A stretch of 64,000 bases of DNA, taken from NCBI GenBank assembly GCA_963769425.1, contig CAVYLP010000004.1:288001-352000 (forward strand), read 5' to 3'. The DNA is from Candidatus Bathyarchaeota archaeon. Its GTDB lineage: Archaea; Thermoproteota; Bathyarchaeia; TCS64. This document shows positions 1 through 8,923 of the stretch, one piece after another. How positions within the stretch are numbered: the first letter of the stretch is position 1; every line of letters begins with the position of its first letter. The notes below the pieces were generated by a model, which was not told the DNA's origin, ran no database searches, and worked only from the letters and a program-made list of their open reading frames with translations. A program made the translations under genes and the position numbers.

Positions 1-590
1 TGGATGATGATTTTTGAGTTTTTTCTGCTTTTCTTTACGGCTGTTTGGGTCTTGGTTTGTGGCTCTATGTCTTCGATGAGGTCTGATAGATTCCCCTGCA
101 TTCTATCGACTGCCCCGGCTGTCCTTTTTAGGGTCGAGCCAATCATGCCACTGTAGGTTGTGATCCCATCACTGGTTTTTTTATAGAGCAATAGCCCATC
201 CAAAGGCGTTAGTAGAATCATAACACGCTCCCAATCTGAGCCAAGAAAACTGTCTATATCGCTTTGAGAGAATTCGGTGCTGTGCAAATGACTGTGAACA
301 CTGCCAATTGCGGTTGAGGGGATTTGATCGAAGACTATCTCGGCACGCTCCCCCAGCTGGTGGCCTGATAGAATGAACTCGCCATTTTGCTTCAATACCA
401 GGGCCCCGACCTCCTTTCCCCGCCTGTTGGATAGGTCGCGCATTTCTTTCAATTGTTGGGTTATGGGATAGTCAACTAGAACCCTCGTCGGGGTTGATGC
501 TAGAAAAACTGTAACCTTGTCTGGTTGTCCCTCAACATGATCTTTTACGGCGATAAGTTGCCCCTGTTGGTTGAATATTGGTTTTCGCAT
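1..590 (-). CDS. JAB/MPN (JAMM-like) metallo-isopeptidase domain protein, 3' end outside window
   Basis: Manual translation (not in ORF track): MRKPIFNQQG...KEVGALVL...IGSVHSHLHSTEFSQSDID...; E..HxH-x6-S-xx-D; GAGGT SD upstream; frame open to base 1. Confidence 0.7.
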   Translation of the reverse strand, partial: MRKPIFNQQGQLIAVKDHVEGQPDKVTVFLASTPTRVLVDYPITQQLKEMRDLSNRRGKEVGALVLKQNGEFILSGHQLGERAEIVFDQIPSTAIGSVHSHLHSTEFSQSDIDSFLGSDWERVMILLTPLDGLLLYKKTSDGITTYSGMIGSTLKRTAGAVDRMQGNLSDLIEDIEPQTKTQTAVKKSRKNSKIII

Positions 591-603
591 TTTTAGACCT
601 CAA

Positions 604-822
604 TCAAGGGTGATAGAATACTTCGGCATCGATTTTCTTGATCCCATAAAAGCACTCGTGGAACAGCTCACGGTCTGGTGCTAGAACACAATCGCAATAA
701 TTATCGCACGTACTGCATTCCTTTTTGGGAAAATACACGAAATTCTGCTCCATTTCCATCCAAGTTCCGCCGATCAGAATTGACTTTCCATCGGCACTAA
801 TTTGGGGGGTTTCAGTTGTCAT
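604..822 (-). CDS. Small Cys-rich hypothetical protein, possible Zn binding
   Basis: CSTCDNYCDC...HEC; overlaps neighbouring gene in the minus-strand operon. Confidence 0.55.
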   Translation of the reverse strand: MTTETPQISADGKSILIGGTWMEMEQNFVYFPKKECSTCDNYCDCVLAPDRELFHECFYGIKKIDAEVFYHP

Positions 823-1366
823 TTTCTAATTCCGCCTTTAACTTTCTAGCTAAAATCTGTGCTTTCTTCCTGTCCTCGATGCTTGCGTTTGAAAACCGCT
901 CGATCTCAGCCCAAGCTTGGATTTTGATTTCCTCGGCACTAGCCCCGATGTCGTCGTAATCGGTGGGAAGGACGGCATTTTTTGGCTTCCTTTGCTTCTC
1001 TATACCGAGTTCCTTCTTTAGAAGCGAATCAACTTTTTCTTGATTTATTGCGGTGTCGTGCAACTGCTCTTCCCGGGCGATTTCAAACACCTGTTCATCC
1101 TCGGTTCTGCGAACATCGTATTCTTTAACCCAAAGGGCCAAATTATGATCGACCTTCGCCAAATTCTGAATGTCTTTTGCTCCACCAATTGTCTGGCGTT
1201 TTACCTCCCTGCAATAAAAAATGATGTTTTTCATAAAATCCGACGAGCTTAGAGGATAAGCTAGCTCTTCCTGATAGTGTTTCGGTGGATTGGGGTGCTC
1301 TGAATCCCAAATTCTTCTGCGCCTCTTGTATATCTCGGCTAATTCAACTGACATCTCAAAATTCAC
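812..1366 (-). CDS. Hypothetical helical/charged protein
   Basis: 184 aa ORF, overlapping neighbours; no recognised motif. Confidence 0.55.
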   Translation of the reverse strand: MNFEMSVELAEIYKRRRRIWDSEHPNPPKHYQEELAYPLSSSDFMKNIIFYCREVKRQTIGGAKDIQNLAKVDHNLALWVKEYDVRRTEDEQVFEIAREEQLHDTAINQEKVDSLLKKELGIEKQRKPKNAVLPTDYDDIGASAEEIKIQAWAEIERFSNASIEDRKKAQILARKLKAELENDN

Positions 1367-1658
1367 CTTTTAATTTGAACTCTCCATTGTTGATTTTTTC
1401 CTCAATTTGTTGCGGGATAATGCCTACATGAACCACTTGATTGTTTTTATCGACGACAATTCCGGCCCTGACTTCCTTCTGACTCAAAGCAGGTACCACC
1501 TCTCACCCGACCTTCGATTGACCCTTACCCATTGACTGAGACCTTTCAATCGAGGTTGATTATTTTCGACATCAAACATCCCCATCGAAGCATCCTGAAT
1601 TGGTTCGAAAACTTCCTGAACACTGCCACTGTTTCCAATGTATCCCTTGATTAGAAAG

Positions 1659-1916
1659 TCAACCAACTTGCACCCAACCCCCGCCATGCTCGACCCAAAA
1701 ACTGTATAGCAAGAGAAAATCGCTAGCCTTTTTGTATGCCGAGTCTAAATCTTCGAATCTTTGAGGCTTAAATGGTATCCAGATGTCCTCGAAGTTATTT
1801 TCTTTCGAGTGATAGACTTTCCCGGCCATAAAAACATCATCTTCGTTATACTCAATATTCTGAGTCTTTTTTCCCTTCATTATCATTATTGGAAAATGAT
1901 CTAATTTTATCGACAT
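1659..1916 (-). CDS. Hypothetical protein
   Basis: 85 aa ORF with AGGAG SD upstream of the ATG. Confidence 0.5.
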   Translation of the reverse strand: MSIKLDHFPIMIMKGKKTQNIEYNEDDVFMAGKVYHSKENNFEDIWIPFKPQRFEDLDSAYKKASDFLLLYSFWVEHGGGWVQVG

Positions 1917-1977
1917 GATTTTTTTTCTCCTTTTTTTATTTGCTTGATTAATAGCCTTGATTTTGTGCGCTTAGATT

Positions 1978-2154
1978 TCATTTTTGAAGCATCTGCTCGA
2001 AAACTTTTACAAGCTTCGCTTTTCTCTCGGCGATCTTCTTCTGGACATCGGGGCTAATTTCCCCGTTAGCTAAACAATCCCCATTTTCGAGACCGTAAAC
2101 AAGCCCTGCAACCTTGGGCCTCTTTTTGAATCTATTAGTGATTATCTCGAACAT
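1978..2154 (-). CDS. Hypothetical protein (probable start MFEII)
   Basis: ORF directly downstream of the RHH gene stop. Confidence 0.45.
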   Translation of the reverse strand: MFEIITNRFKKRPKVAGLVYGLENGDCLANGEISPDVQKKIAERKAKLVKVFEQMLQK

Positions 2155-2159
2155 TTTAA

Positions 2160-2312
2160 TCACTTCTTTTTGATGAATTGACGGCAAAATATCTCGATTG
2201 ATTCCCGCACAATCACGCTTCTGCTTTTTCCTGTAATCTTTGATATTTGATCTAAAAGTTGTCTTTGCTCGGGTGTGAATGATACACTTGTGCTAATCCT
2301 TTTTCTCGGCAT
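2160..2312 (-). CDS. Ribbon-helix-helix (CopG/MetJ-like) DNA-binding protein, 50 aa
   Basis: Manual translation MPRKRISTSVSFTPEQRQLLDQISKITGKSRSVIVRESIEIFCRQFIKKK: beta-strand, helix, G-x-S-x-S turn, helix; below the ORF track size cut-off. Confidence 0.75.
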   Translation of the reverse strand: MPRKRISTSVSFTPEQRQLLDQISKITGKSRSVIVRESIEIFCRQFIKKK

Positions 2313-2492
2313 GGTAGTGACCCCGCAACTACCTCAATATTACGTAATACTTTTTCAGGATCAAAGTGGGCATTATTTTGAGGCGGTTATGGGAAATTGT
2401 ATAATAAAATGGTCATTTAGACGGCTGTGCAGTTCTGCATATATTTATCGCAGATTTAATTTATATGAAAGTCTAAGATATTTAGGATTTAA

Positions 2493-3344
2493 TTGCCTGA
2501 TAAACTGGAAAAGCTAACGAGACAAGAAGCTAGTAAAGAATTAGCTTCATCAATACAATGGTTTCGAGAAAAAGGAAATGCCAGAACTGTTAGATGGTTG
2601 GAATTTATTTTAAATAACATAAAAATGGAGAACCCTTCAGATTATACGTCGGATATTTTCGAGGTTATTTCAGCTTATTATGCAGATGTTGAAGAACGAG
2701 GAGCTGGATTAAAAATTTGCTCAGAAACCATTGGAAGGATTATAATCAATGTTTTAAAAGGAAATAGGGGAGTCGATACATTTAGATCGTCATTATTAGA
2801 AATGTATCCACTTATTGTAAAATGGAGGATCACTCAGGAAAATTTAAAAAGGATATTGGATTTAAAAAATGAGAAACTAAGTATAAGTGCTCAATACCAT
2901 TTATTATTATTCTTATATCTAATTACTATAGAGGGATCATATTCTAATTGGATAAGGATATTATATAAGTTACAATGTATATCAAATCATAAAAAATGCA
3001 ATTTATCAAGTATTGAAGATATTACCCCTTTTAAAATTAAACAAAATATGATTGAAATGAATGCCGGTTGTAATATTTTTTTTAGTGGATACTTTGATGG
3101 TAATCTACGCAACGCCATCGGTCACGGCGATTTCGCATTTAATGAGTCAACTAACCGAATGATATTCAACCATACTTGGAATGGACAAATCAAATTTAGA
3201 GAAGAAATCAGTTATGATGAGTTCCTCGACATCTTCAGGTTGATTGATAATTTTATTGTAATAAATATCAATTATTTCTTTATTTTACGTTTAACCAGTT
3301 ATAGACATTTTTTTAAGAATTACCAAAAAACCCGTACAACCTAA
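2493..3344 (+). CDS. Putative HEPN-domain RNase
   Basis: All-helical 283 aa protein with RNxxxH motif (LRNAIGHG); very AT-rich. Confidence 0.6.
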   Translation: MPDKLEKLTRQEASKELASSIQWFREKGNARTVRWLEFILNNIKMENPSDYTSDIFEVISAYYADVEERGAGLKICSETIGRIIINVLKGNRGVDTFRSSLLEMYPLIVKWRITQENLKRILDLKNEKLSISAQYHLLLFLYLITIEGSYSNWIRILYKLQCISNHKKCNLSSIEDITPFKIKQNMIEMNAGCNIFFSGYFDGNLRNAIGHGDFAFNESTNRMIFNHTWNGQIKFREEISYDEFLDIFRLIDNFIVININYFFILRLTSYRHFFKNYQKTRTT

Positions 3345-3548
3345 TCATATGCGCAATTTTTATAGAAGAAGAAGTTTTTCAAAGTGCATTTGGTGTGGGA
3401 GAACCATCGACATAACAAAACAAGGAGCGCGCGCACATCCATTAACCAGGTGCTCTCATCCAAAAGGGCAGAATTAAAGGATATAACAAGAATCAATTTT
3501 AACTCAAAGCTTTTATCCGGAAATAACTACAAGTGTAAATGATTAATA

Positions 3549-4205
3549 ATGAAAAAATCGAGCAAGTTAATTCTCCTCGCGGGCCTTGTTGTTCTGATAA
3601 CCGCTTCTGTAGTGACCGCTCTCGCCCTCACATCACATCTAAAAGTCCAAGATGGCAAATTAACACTCTCTCTGACATCTGAGACTGTCCTTTTTAATGA
3701 CGATTTCAATGGTGTTTCCTTGGCTTCTCCTTGGCTCGTCGAGGACACGGGATCAACCATCACGGCCTATTTTCCATTCACTCCACCATCGGGACATTAC
3801 ACGGTCTCTGCTAGAGTAAGCTCCTCACAACTAGCAGCCTTCGCCTTGCGTCTGCATAGTGGATCAACGCCAATCACGGGTTCTATAAGTGGGATACAAT
3901 TGGAGATGGATCCTGGTGTTTCAGGAAAATGGTTCATGGCTTCTTGGGCTTCTTCTGGTGGGTGGACTTGGAACAATATTGCCGGCCCTGTTAACATGAA
4001 TACTTGGTACATTTTGGAGATGGTTGTGCAACAAAGCCCCTTTCAAGTAACCTATAACGTGTATAGTGACAACAAGCAAGCATTATTGGGGAGTTATACA
4101 ACAAGCAGTTTTTCTGTCACATACCAGAGCATTGACTACATTTGCCTTGAACTGTGGACGGGGCCTTCAAGTTACAGTATTGATTGGATTAAAGTAACAT
4201 CCTAA
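3549..4205 (+). CDS. Secreted or membrane-anchored beta-sandwich (ConA/LamG-like) protein
   Basis: N-terminal signal/TM helix; LFNDDF start motif and NTWYILEMVV strand typical of ConA-like folds. Confidence 0.55.
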   Translation: MKKSSKLILLAGLVVLITASVVTALALTSHLKVQDGKLTLSLTSETVLFNDDFNGVSLASPWLVEDTGSTITAYFPFTPPSGHYTVSARVSSSQLAAFALRLHSGSTPITGSISGIQLEMDPGVSGKWFMASWASSGGWTWNNIAGPVNMNTWYILEMVVQQSPFQVTYNVYSDNKQALLGSYTTSSFSVTYQSIDYICLELWTGPSSYSIDWIKVTS

Positions 4206-4256
4206 AACCTATAATTTGAGTCTAGTAATTTGTAACTTTTCAATTGCCACCAATAA

Positions 4257-5262
4257 TTAAGATGAGCTTATAGTAGAAATTTGTTTTAGAGTTTCTTGAT
4301 AACTATTGTATAAATAGTTAAGGAGGACAATGGAAATCGTAATCAATGGTGCCAATTTTTCAAGCATGTCCTTGAAAAGTTGCAAAAATTCTGAAGCAAA
4401 CTTTACTAAGAGATTGCCAATCTCTTTAAAGATAGCTAACAACCCCGTTATTACTTTTTTTTCAAATATAAGAGCAATGAAGCCTAATCCAATCAATAGC
4501 ATAATCCAATCGGGTAATTTAGAAATAGCCTTTATCGTGCCACTTGCAAGTCCTATGAAAAATTTAGTGATCTCCGCTTAATACCTCAAGTAGAGCACGA
4601 ATAATCGCGACTCCTAACTGAAAAATAGCATAAAATATATTTGGTAAAATCTTTGAAATTGTAAAAAATGAAAAACTTCCCTTTTTAAAAATGGATATTA
4701 AACTTCCTATATTTTTTATTTTCCATGTCTTGACAGAAGGCTGGTCTATGATGTCAGAGTCCTTTGTGATAATTCCATGCGCTTTTATTTGGATACTTAA
4801 AGCTAAAAAAGAGACATCATTTGGGTCTCTCTTTCCAATGATAGAGTAACCCTCAAACAAAGCCAGAAGATTAGTGGGATTAAGGATAGTTAATCTCGGA
4901 AGTATGTCGGTGTTCCAAGTCTTCATTAGAATTTCTTTATTTAATTTCATTTTCACAGATAGTTCCTTGATGTGCCGTTCTACCTCCTCTATGAGTGTAA
5001 AAGGAGCGTATAGATGTAAGAAGGGCTCTGTGATTAGTTTGTGCAAAAAGGATTCTCCACGTTTGGCATAAGAAATTAAATTTGAAATTATCGAGCTGGA
5101 ATCAACAACTAGTTTCAAATCTAGTTTGAATGTATTACCAACAAAATTAGATATGTTCTGCTCGAAATACGCCTTTAAATCAGTAATAAGATCAACTGGA
5201 AAACCCTCTAGAATCCCCTCAATCGACTTATCTATTTTTCGAAAATCGACATGAGTTATCAT
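4257..5262 (-). CDS. PIN-domain nuclease with C-terminal hydrophobic helices (one extra base at ~4578)
   Basis: VVDSSSII, EEV, DPNDVSFLAL, IITKDSD PIN motifs; removing one A joins 4564..5262 to 4257..4502 via AEITKFFIGLASGTIKAISKLPDWIMLLIGLGF. Confidence 0.65.
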
Positions 5263-5502
5263 TATTATTTAAAAATACTAAATGGAAGTCTAAAAGGTTT
5301 ATGCACACTTACATTGACATGGCGCGCGCTCTCAAGGAACTTATACGCCCTCCTTTTTATGAAATTTTATCTCGAAATAGAGAGGTTAATGCGGGCACCC
5401 CTAGAAGTCTTATAACCCCTCAATGCGTACTAATTTTCTAATTGGAGGACTCCACTAAATGAGGAATCCAACGAAAAATATCATATTCTGCGAGGAACCT
5501 AC

Positions 5503-6768
5503 TTGGCAGATACTATAATTGAGGTACCCGGGCAGCCTTGGTTCAAGGATAAACCCATTCAACTCACATTCCCAGCCGCTTGGAAGGTCCAGAGATGCAA
5601 GATGGCGGGGGAGGACCAGAAGGGGCTCACGAAGGCCCAGATCAGGAAGGCCATTAGGAATCCCCTCGGAACGAAGCCATTGGCGAAGCTCGCGAAGGAC
5701 CGGAAGGAGGCGGTGATAATCTTCGATGACTCCACCCGTCCCACGAAGACCCACCAGTACGCACCCATAGTGCTCGAGGAGATTAAGAAGGCCGGGATCA
5801 AGGATGAGAACATCCGCTTCATAGTCGCCCCCGGTAGCCACGGCACCTTCAGTCGCCAGTTCTTCGCCAAGAAGCTCGGCGAGGACATCCTCGAGAGGTA
5901 CCCAGTCTACAACCACAACCCCTACGAGATGTGTAAGAACCTCGGCACAACCAGCTACGGGACACCAGTCTGGGTGAACGCCGAGGTCGCCGCCTGCGAC
6001 CTGAAGATCGGCATAGGCAGCGTCCTCTACCACAGGATGAGCGGCTTCAGCGGCGGCGGCAAAATAATCAGCCCCGGCGTCGCGGGCATCGAAACCATCC
6101 GCGCAAACCACGGCCCGCTCGGCGGCTTCGGCCCCGGCCTCACCCCCCACAAGACAACCGGATACCTCCGCAACGACGAGAACGTGCTCCGCCTCGACGT
6201 TGAGGAGACCGCCCGCATCGCCGGCCTAGACTTCAAAATCGACTCCGTCCTCAACCTCAAGCGAGACCCCATAGAAACCTACGCAGGTGACTTCATCCAG
6301 ACCCACAGAAGGGCGTCCGAAGGCGTCGCCCGCTGGCACAAGACTGAGTCCCCGAAGGAGATGGACATCGTCGTCGCCAACAGCTACATGCGCCCCAACG
6401 AGCCCTACCTAGGACTCTGGCCCGCCCAGGAGTCTGTGAAGCAGGACGGCTCCGTCGTCCTCATCTGTAACGACCCCGAGGGAGACATCAACCACTGGAT
6501 ATTCAACAACCACGGCAAGTACGCCGCTGCGAGCCTCTGGAGCGGCAAGGCGAGGAACCTAACACGCGGCGCTCGTCTCATAGTCTACAGCCCCTACCCA
6601 CTCAAGACACTCGAGTGGCGCCTCGGCGCCCCCGGCACTGTGACGTGGTGCAAGAAGTGGGACGAGGTCATCGAGGAGCTGAAGAAGTACCACAAGGGGA
6701 GCCCCAGGGTCGCCGTCCTCCCCGACGGCACGAGTGGCATTCCCGCCTCCTTCCTCGACAAGTCATAA
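5503..6768 (+). CDS. larA: LarA-family nickel-pincer-dependent racemase/epimerase
   Basis: DDSTRP, GSH and HRMSGFSGGGK motifs; substrate unknown. Confidence 0.8.
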   Translation: MADTIIEVPGQPWFKDKPIQLTFPAAWKVQRCKMAGEDQKGLTKAQIRKAIRNPLGTKPLAKLAKDRKEAVIIFDDSTRPTKTHQYAPIVLEEIKKAGIKDENIRFIVAPGSHGTFSRQFFAKKLGEDILERYPVYNHNPYEMCKNLGTTSYGTPVWVNAEVAACDLKIGIGSVLYHRMSGFSGGGKIISPGVAGIETIRANHGPLGGFGPGLTPHKTTGYLRNDENVLRLDVEETARIAGLDFKIDSVLNLKRDPIETYAGDFIQTHRRASEGVARWHKTESPKEMDIVVANSYMRPNEPYLGLWPAQESVKQDGSVVLICNDPEGDINHWIFNNHGKYAAASLWSGKARNLTRGARLIVYSPYPLKTLEWRLGAPGTVTWCKKWDEVIEELKKYHKGSPRVAVLPDGTSGIPASFLDKS

Positions 6769-6784
6769 CCCGACACACTAAAAC

Positions 6785-6792
6785 TTATTAAT
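6785..6792 (+). promoter_or_regulatory. Probable TATA box for the serB operon leader
   Basis: TTATTAAT preceded by purine-rich AAAA (BRE-like), ~150 nt before the serB start. Confidence 0.45.
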
Positions 6793-6827
6793 CTCAACCA
6801 ATCCCCTATCAGCCTAGCCGGATAGAT

Positions 6828-6923
6828 AGGTGAACCCGAGACGACACAATGCGAACCACACCAGCGACCTTTTTCTGGTAGTTCGTCGAGTTCGTCTCAG
6901 CCCACTGGGCAATAGGGTCACCT
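6828..6923 (+). ncRNA. Candidate structured 5' leader (riboswitch-like three-way junction)
   Basis: Nested pairings AGGTGA(A)CCC/GGGTCACCT, GAGACGA/TCGTCTC, CGAAC/GTTCG, ACCAG/CTGGT plus hairpin GCCC-ACT-GGGC. Confidence 0.5.
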
Positions 6924-6943
6924 GAAGAACCAAAAATCGATCG

Positions 6944-7645
6944 GTGATTCTGTTGCTCATAGCATTCGACCTAGAGGGTACCTTGTTGGACGGCGAGCTC
7001 TTCCCAGAGATTGGAGAACGGTTGGGTCTAGGTGAAGAACTTCACACTATTACAAGGAACGCGATGAACGGCGATCTTCCATTCGAGGAAGCACTCACGA
7101 GGAGAACTGAATTGATACAGGGCATCTCTATGAGAAGCATCCGATCAATCGCTGAATCCATCCCCCTAACCTTAGGAGCGTTAGAGACCATCAATACACT
7201 TCGACAGATGGGCTTAACACCCGCCATAATCACGGGCGGCTTCGACTTCCTCGCAGAACCCATAGCGGAGCAACTTCAGATAGACTATGTCTACTCTAAC
7301 CACCTCGTCGAGGAACATGGGAGGGTATCCAACCTTAGGCCACCGTTAGTCACACCAAGAGTAAAGGCGGAGCACCTAAACAAACTTGCCATGAAACTCG
7401 GCACACCACTTATCCAGACTATCGCTGTTGGCGATGGTGCCAACGACATACCCATGCTCTGCGCCGCAGGCTTTGGAATAGCCTTCGATGCCCCGCCGAG
7501 GGTCAGGGAGACCGCACACGCCTCCGTGGACGGCGGCGACCTCCGTGGGATACTGCCACTCGTCGCCCGCCACCTCGACGGGAACAGACGCTACGCCGAG
7601 GTGCTGAGCCAATCCGCTGAACCATTATATGGCGAGTGGCCGTAG
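6944..7645 (+). CDS. serB: Phosphoserine phosphatase (HAD family)
   Basis: FDLEGTL, MNGDLPFEEAL, TGGF, K, GDGAND motifs. Confidence 0.8.
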   Translation: MILLLIAFDLEGTLLDGELFPEIGERLGLGEELHTITRNAMNGDLPFEEALTRRTELIQGISMRSIRSIAESIPLTLGALETINTLRQMGLTPAIITGGFDFLAEPIAEQLQIDYVYSNHLVEEHGRVSNLRPPLVTPRVKAEHLNKLAMKLGTPLIQTIAVGDGANDIPMLCAAGFGIAFDAPPRVRETAHASVDGGDLRGILPLVARHLDGNRRYAEVLSQSAEPLYGEWP

Positions 7646-7661
7646 ATCAACGTGTGATGCG

Positions 7662-8849
7662 ATGGCAGAGAAGAATGAGGGCATAGGGCCCTCGACGAAG
7701 TGCGTGCACGTCGGCTCCGAGCCAGACCCGGCGTGGGGCGCGATTGTCCCCCCGATCTACCAGACGACGACGTACGCCGTGCCGAACGTCCCCGACCTCA
7801 TAGCTCGATATGCCCGCAAGAAGACTGGTTTCACCTACACAAGCACGGGCAACCCGACGCAGCGCGTCGCCGAGGTAAAGATAGCCGCCGTCGAGGGGGG
7901 TGAGGACGCCGCCGTCTTCAGCGCCGGCATGGCCGCAATCACCTCGACGATTACCAGCATCGTCACCCGAGGAGACGAGGTCATCGCCCCGAGGGAGCTC
8001 TACGGCGAGACCTTCCACTTCTTCCACCTCCTTGAGGAGAAGATGGGGATCAAGACCCATTACTTCGACACCACCAACGTGGGCGAGGTCGAGGGACTGA
8101 TCAACGGTAAGACAAGGCTCCTCTACCTCGAGACGCCGACAAACCCGACGCTCCGCCTCGTAGACATCGCCGAGGGGGTGCGGATAGCCAAGAGGCACGG
8201 CGTGACGACTGTGCTCGATAACACCTTCGCCTCTCCTATGAACCAGACGGGTATCGCCCTAGGCGTTGACGTCGTCGTCGAGAGCGCCACAAAGTCACTC
8301 TCCGGACACCACCAGGCCGTCTGCGGCGTCGCCGTCGGCACGAAGGATAGGATACGCGCCATAAAGTCGACCCGCGGTCTCTACGGGCAGACCCTCGACC
8401 CCTTCGCGGCGTGGCTCCTCGTCATGGGCATGCAGACAATGGCACTCCGTGTCGACAGGCAGAACTCCAACGCCCTCCAACTCGCCCAGTACCTAGAGGC
8501 GCACCCCAAGATCAGCCGCGTTCACTACCCCGGCCTACCCAGCCACCCCCAGCACGCCCTAGCGCTGCGTCAGATGCGCGGCTTCGGCGGCCTGCTCGCT
8601 TTCGAGGTCAAGGGCGGCCTCGATGAGGTGTCGGGGTTGTTTGACCACCTAAAGCTGGTGAAGCTGGCTACGAGCCTCGGAGGCGTCGACACAATCGCGA
8701 CGATCCCCTTCATCTCGACGCACGGCGACCTTAAGCCGGAGGAGAAGGCGAGGATGGGCATCACCCAGACTCTCATCCGCGTAAGCGTCGGCATCGAGGA
8801 CTTCACCGACCTTAGGAGGGACTTCGAGGAAGCCCTCTCCCAAGTCTAG
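7662..8849 (+). CDS. Cys/Met metabolism PLP enzyme (cystathionine gamma-synthase/lyase or Met gamma-lyase family)
   Basis: PPIYQTTTY, ETPTNP, DNTFA, SATKSLSGH (PLP Lys), SLGG, IRVSVGIE. Confidence 0.85.
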   Translation: MAEKNEGIGPSTKCVHVGSEPDPAWGAIVPPIYQTTTYAVPNVPDLIARYARKKTGFTYTSTGNPTQRVAEVKIAAVEGGEDAAVFSAGMAAITSTITSIVTRGDEVIAPRELYGETFHFFHLLEEKMGIKTHYFDTTNVGEVEGLINGKTRLLYLETPTNPTLRLVDIAEGVRIAKRHGVTTVLDNTFASPMNQTGIALGVDVVVESATKSLSGHHQAVCGVAVGTKDRIRAIKSTRGLYGQTLDPFAAWLLVMGMQTMALRVDRQNSNALQLAQYLEAHPKISRVHYPGLPSHPQHALALRQMRGFGGLLAFEVKGGLDEVSGLFDHLKLVKLATSLGGVDTIATIPFISTHGDLKPEEKARMGITQTLIRVSVGIEDFTDLRRDFEEALSQV

Positions 8850-8852
8850 CCA

Positions 8853-8861
8853 TTTTTTTTT
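8853..8861 (+). terminator. Oligo-T archaeal terminator
   Basis: T9 run immediately after the stop codon. Confidence 0.5.
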
Positions 8862-8923
8862 ACCCTCAGCCGCCTCCTTTAACGCCGTTAAGTATATTAA
8901 CGGCGTTAATCGATTATGCGGCG

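Larger units (their letters stand above)
1..5450. mobile_element. AT-rich island, probable edge of an integrated virus/plasmid with defence-like cargo (open at left edge)
   Basis: Composition shift (line 2881-2940 has 15/60 G+C, line 6061-6120 has 38/60); RHH-led operon of short orphan ORFs; HEPN, PIN and JAB genes. No integrase or att site is visible in the window. Confidence 0.6.

Noticed and set aside
6828-6925. C/D or H/ACA guide RNA reading of the serB leader
   Set aside because: CTGA is present at 6922-6925, but there is no convincing RTGATGA box C, K-turn or ACA tail.
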